64,000 nucleotides of DNA from Phyllosticta citribraziliensis (lineage: Eukaryota), in NCBI RefSeq assembly GCF_038025025.1, contig NW_027117354.1:124001-188000 (forward strand). The letters run 5' to 3'. Position 1 is the stretch's first letter, and every line of letters begins with the position of its first letter. This document shows, one piece after another, positions 60,370 to 64,000 of this stretch. The notes under the pieces are model-generated. The model saw only the letters and a list, made by a program, of their open reading frames with translations. It did no database searches and was not told the origin of the DNA. A program made the translations under genes and the position numbers.

Positions 60370-63300
60370 TCACTTGACGAGCTTCTTCAGTGACCCAAAA
60401 AGGCCGCCACCACTGTTTGCCCCCTTGTCTTTCGGCCTCTCTCGCTCGCGTTCTCTTTCTTTCTCCTTCTCTCTTGGCCTTCCACTGCTCCTGTGCTTAC
60501 TCTCCATGACGCTATCCCTCCTCTTGCTTTCCTCTGCGTACACCTTGCTGCTTCGACGTTTGGTCTTGTCGCGTTCTTGATCCGCCGCTCGGTCTCGTTT
60601 CTTGCCTCTATCTTCTCTTTTGTCAGTCTTTGCACCCACGAGCTCGTCCAGCGCGGCAGAATTTCTCCTTCGATGACGGTGTCGCCTCTCTCTGTCCTCT
60701 CTGTCACCGTCGTGATGCTCGTGTCGCCTTCGATGTTTCCGTCGCTCGGAAGACCCTACTTGACTGGATCCCGGCTCGACAGGTCCAGCATCGTGTTCAG
60801 CTTGCCCATATTCGGCAAAGGTCGTCGCTTGAGGAAGAGGTGGTGGAATATCTGGCTCTTGAACGGATGCAGGCTCCACCTCTTCTTGCACCGGGCTCGA
60901 CGGCATGGGCTCCGGCTGTTCGGGAGCAACGGGAGCGTCCTCTGGGATTGGGTCGTGAAGGACGGGCACTTTGAAGGACGCTGGAGCTTTAGAGCCACGG
61001 CGCTCCGCTTTGCGCTCCTGATGCCTGCGCTCTTCGCTTGGCGTCCTCTGGTGTTTGCGGTGGGAGCTGCTGCGATGCACGTTGCTCGGTCGACGAGGTG
61101 CCTCACTGGGTCGCTCTTTTTCAGCCTTTGGCACGACAGGCTCCGTAGTTGAGCGACCGAGTCCAAAAAGGCCGCCCATGAGACTTTGTCGTCTGGGTGG
61201 AGGTGGAGGAGCTTTGGTAACTTCTTCAGTGCGCCTGCGTCGGGGCTTCGGTGGTGGCTCCTTGTCGACACTTTCTACCGGTGGGATGACGGGTGGATAG
61301 CCATCTCCTTCTGCCATTGACACGCGTCGTTCGCGCTCACGATGTCGGCGCTCGCGCTTCCGCTGCTTCCGCGCTTCTTCCTTCTCCAACTCTTCCATTT
61401 CACGGCGCTTCAACTCTTCTGCTTCTTTGGCTTTCAGTGCCTCGCGCTCGGCACGTCGTCTCCGCTTCTCATCCTCGTGCTTTTGGCGCTCTTCTTCTTC
61501 TCGGACGCGCCGCTCTTGCTCTAGGCGTAGGGCCTCTTCTTCTTTGCGCCGTTTCTCCCGCATGGCAGCTTTCTTTGCTTCATGCTTTTCCCTCCGCTCA
61601 CGCTCGGCATGCGCCATCTCCTTCATCTTCAACTCGGCTGCTGCTTGCTCGGCTTTGAGCCTTGCTTCCTCGACCTCGGCAGCCTCGCGCTCTCTCCGTC
61701 GACGTCTCCTCTCTTCATCCGCATCCGCTGGAGCATGGGATCGTCGGCGCTCTGCCCTCCTCCTCTGTTGACCACCGTCCTCATTCTTTCTGATTTCATC
61801 AGGACTTGGAATTGACACTCGCCTGAAGCTCTTATCAACAGTGCTTCTGCGACGAGTATCAGCGAGTGGAGGAGGCGCAACGGCCGCTTGATCACGGCTG
61901 GACGAAGACATGGTGTAAGAGCCTTTGCCGGTACTCGTAGTGCTGTGGCGGCGCAGATACGGGTAGTCATGATACGAAACAGAAGACCGACGACGATGTT
62001 TCCGCTCCTTGTGCATATCGGTCGGCGATGGCGGCAAGTCGTCGACTCGGTCAGGTACGCTTTCCGCAGGCGGGGTTTCTCTTGCCGAAGCTTCCGGGTG
62101 GTGTTGTTCTGGTGGTGCCTCAGGCTCCTTTTCGCTTTGGGGTACAGAAACACCCAACGGAGCATCCTCAACTGGTGCAGGGCTAGGCTCTTTTGCGTTG
62201 TCGATTGGTAATTCAGCCTCTGAAGTCGGTACTGGCTCCTCTTGAACAGCAGAGCTCATTCCGGGATGCTCTTCGGTCTGGACAGACTGATTCTCTCCAA
62301 CGGGTGGTTCTTCAGCAGCGGGCACGTCGGGAGCAGCTTCATCAGAAGCAGGTCCGTCAGACTTTGGAGGGTCTTCAGTATTATCGGAGATGGCCGGTGA
62401 GTCTTCGGGAAGGGCAGCATCCTCGATGGCTGTTTTAGGGGCCTTGTCTTTTGTGTCCAGATCTTCTGCATCTTGCTGTTGCTCAGCAATTGGAGCTACC
62501 TGGTCACTCGCTTCCTTGACAAGCGCCGCGTCTTGACCAGCGCTCTCGACAGGCGCTGTAGCTGGCGCCTCGTCATGGGAAGTTTCTGCATCTTTACTTT
62601 CTGGGCTGGCGGCCTGCTCGACGTCTTTCTCTTGGTCACTCTGGGAGACCTCATTCTCGGGGAGGTCGTTTGCAGCGATCTCAATTTGCTGCTTTTCCGA
62701 GTGTGACGGGTCCTCAGAAGCGTCATCCTTCGTTCCCGACATGGCTTCGACACTGGTGGGAGCCTCTTCGCCCTCACTCTGTGGCGTGGACGTTGGGTCC
62801 TCAGTCTCGGGCTCGCCAGGTACCTCTCCAGCTTCTTGGTCCACGTTATTGTCGCCAATTGTCAATTGCTGATGAGCCGTAGCATCGGACTTTCCAGACC
62901 CTTGATCTGTAGTGCCGTCGTTTGCTCCATCCGAGTGCTCTGTCAGCGCAGTGTCTTCGCTACCGCCTTGGTCAAGGGACTCGCTGTCCTTTGGATCCGA
63001 CTCAGTGGTGGGCGAGCTCTCTTGCTCGTCACTGGGAGCGGCTTCGGGAGAATTTTCTCCGGCAACGCCTCCAGAGACTGGATCGCTGACCCCATGTCTT
63101 TCCGATTCGGGTGGATTGGTCGTAGTCTCACCGGCGGGAGGGCTTTTGCCTGAGTCCTGGGCAATGGACTGGGAGTCGCCTTCAGTTCCATTGCTTGTCT
63201 CTTGCGAGATCTCTTCCTTTTCGGTCGATTCGTTTACAGTCTCGCTCGACTCTTCGGGTACGACTTGTGTCTCTCCAGGCGTGGCCTCCTGACCTTCGAC

Positions 63301-64000
63301 CGAATCAACATCTTCCAGTTTTCCGTCATCGTCAGCAGTATTCGACTCCGCGACACTCTGTTCTGACGGTGAGGCCTCGGGCTCAGCGGAGTCGCCTTCA
63401 AGCGACATTGGCTTCTCATTTGTAGCAGCTGAGCAATCTTGTACAGCAGAATCAACTGCGTCGTCCCCAGCTTTTGACTCGGACGACTCCTTGCCACCTA
63501 CTGCACAGTTGGGAGCAGATTCGCCTTGAGTTTCGGCCTCGTCCTCATTTGGAGGCGAATCCGCTGAAGACGACAGCACGGTTTGACTTTCTAAGCCATC
63601 CGCCGCAGCATCATCGCCTCCAGATTCACTGGCAGACTCGTCCTCGCCTCCAACCGCCGCCGCCATGCTGCTGGCCACAGACATGGCGTCGTCCGTGTCG
63701 TCCAAATCGCTATCCTCTTCGTCCGAAATGTCCGAGTCCAGGTCTTGCGGCGAGGGTGATTGTCCTTCGGATTTGGCATCCGGAATGTTCGAGGACTCAC
63801 TGTCATGGACGATGTTGTTCTCGTCGTGACTTTCCGCTTCTCCTGCAGACGATGGATCATCAGAGCTACTTTGCCGATCCGCATCGATCTTTTCTGCTGT
63901 CTTATCTTGCATTACAGGCTCAAGAGGATCTTTGGCTGACTCGTCGTCTTTGTGCGCCGGGCTCGTGTTTTCTGGAATCGAGTCATCAGTGGGTTGATTC
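60370..64000 (-). CDS. Large intrinsically disordered protein (acidic N-terminal half, Arg/Glu/Lys-rich C-terminal half), 5' end outside the window
   Basis: 1180-aa ORF whose frame stays open upstream of the ATG at 63912 to the window edge. Contains a charged single-helix-like ER/K tract and a terminal amphipathic GLFGSLKKLVK. Confidence 0.8.
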   Translation of the reverse strand, partial: NQPTDDSIPENTSPAHKDDESAKDPLEPVMQDKTAEKIDADRQSSSDDPSSAGEAESHDENNIVHDSESSNIPDAKSEGQSPSPQDLDSDISDEEDSDLDDTDDAMSVASSMAAAVGGEDESASESGGDDAAADGLESQTVLSSSADSPPNEDEAETQGESAPNCAVGGKESSESKAGDDAVDSAVQDCSAATNEKPMSLEGDSAEPEASPSEQSVAESNTADDDGKLEDVDSVEGQEATPGETQVVPEESSETVNESTEKEEISQETSNGTEGDSQSIAQDSGKSPPAGETTTNPPESERHGVSDPVSGGVAGENSPEAAPSDEQESSPTTESDPKDSESLDQGGSEDTALTEHSDGANDGTTDQGSGKSDATAHQQLTIGDNNVDQEAGEVPGEPETEDPTSTPQSEGEEAPTSVEAMSGTKDDASEDPSHSEKQQIEIAANDLPENEVSQSDQEKDVEQAASPESKDAETSHDEAPATAPVESAGQDAALVKEASDQVAPIAEQQQDAEDLDTKDKAPKTAIEDAALPEDSPAISDNTEDPPKSDGPASDEAAPDVPAAEEPPVGENQSVQTEEHPGMSSAVQEEPVPTSEAELPIDNAKEPSPAPVEDAPLGVSVPQSEKEPEAPPEQHHPEASARETPPAESVPDRVDDLPPSPTDMHKERKHRRRSSVSYHDYPYLRRHSTTSTGKGSYTMSSSSRDQAAVAPPPLADTRRRSTVDKSFRRVSIPSPDEIRKNEDGGQQRRRAERRRSHAPADADEERRRRRREREAAEVEEARLKAEQAAAELKMKEMAHAERERREKHEAKKAAMREKRRKEEEALRLEQERRVREEEERQKHEDEKRRRRAEREALKAKEAEELKRREMEELEKEEARKQRKRERRHRERERRVSMAEGDGYPPVIPPVESVDKEPPPKPRRRRTEEVTKAPPPPPRRQSLMGGLFGLGRSTTEPVVPKAEKERPSEAPRRPSNVHRSSSHRKHQRTPSEERRHQERKAERRGSKAPASFKVPVLHDPIPEDAPVAPEQPEPMPSSPVQEEVEPASVQEPDIPPPLPQATTFAEYGQAEHDAGPVEPGSSQVGSSERRKHRRRHEHHDGDREDRERRHRHRRRNSAALDELVGAKTDKREDRGKKRDRAADQERDKTKRRSSKVYAEESKRRDSVMESKHRSSGRPREKEKERERERERPKDKGANSGGGLFGSLKKLVK

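Noticed and set aside
1..64000. tRNA, 5S rRNA, CRISPR arrays, telomeric repeats, transposase or retroelement ORFs
   Set aside because: None recognised by eye; the two-copy repeats found are not arrays. tRNAscan-SE and Infernal would be needed to exclude small RNA genes.

Overview
Genomic DNA of a filamentous ascomycete (Pezizomycotina, plausibly a Dothideomycete), with mostly short (about 40-60 nt) GT-AG introns and CTRAC branch points. The window has three compartments. (1) About 1-25.5 kb is an accessory block of small orphan helical/coiled-coil genes and decaying pseudogenes. It includes a diverged paralog pair that shares its first intron, and one recognisable Zn-dependent alcohol dehydrogenase. 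(2) About 25.7-52.9 kb is a compact core block: phospholipase D, an alpha/beta hydrolase, a divergent L-threonate-dehydrogenase-like plus class II aldolase pair, Snf7, Ten1, LMW-PTP, class I chitin synthase, a Zn2Cys6 transcription factor, Atp12, an APH-like kinase and an Osh1-type oxysterol-binding protein. (3) About 53.7-64 kb holds a DUF3433-type membrane protein, a 290-bp TA-flanked MITE with a RIP-like interior, a nonsense-disrupted Cys-motif/coiled-coil gene and a large low-complexity gene that runs off the right edge. The strongest leads are the putative four-carbon acid-sugar (threonate) catabolic module, the orphan paralog family and the MITE. All assignments come from manual reading and recalled motifs; no database searches were run.
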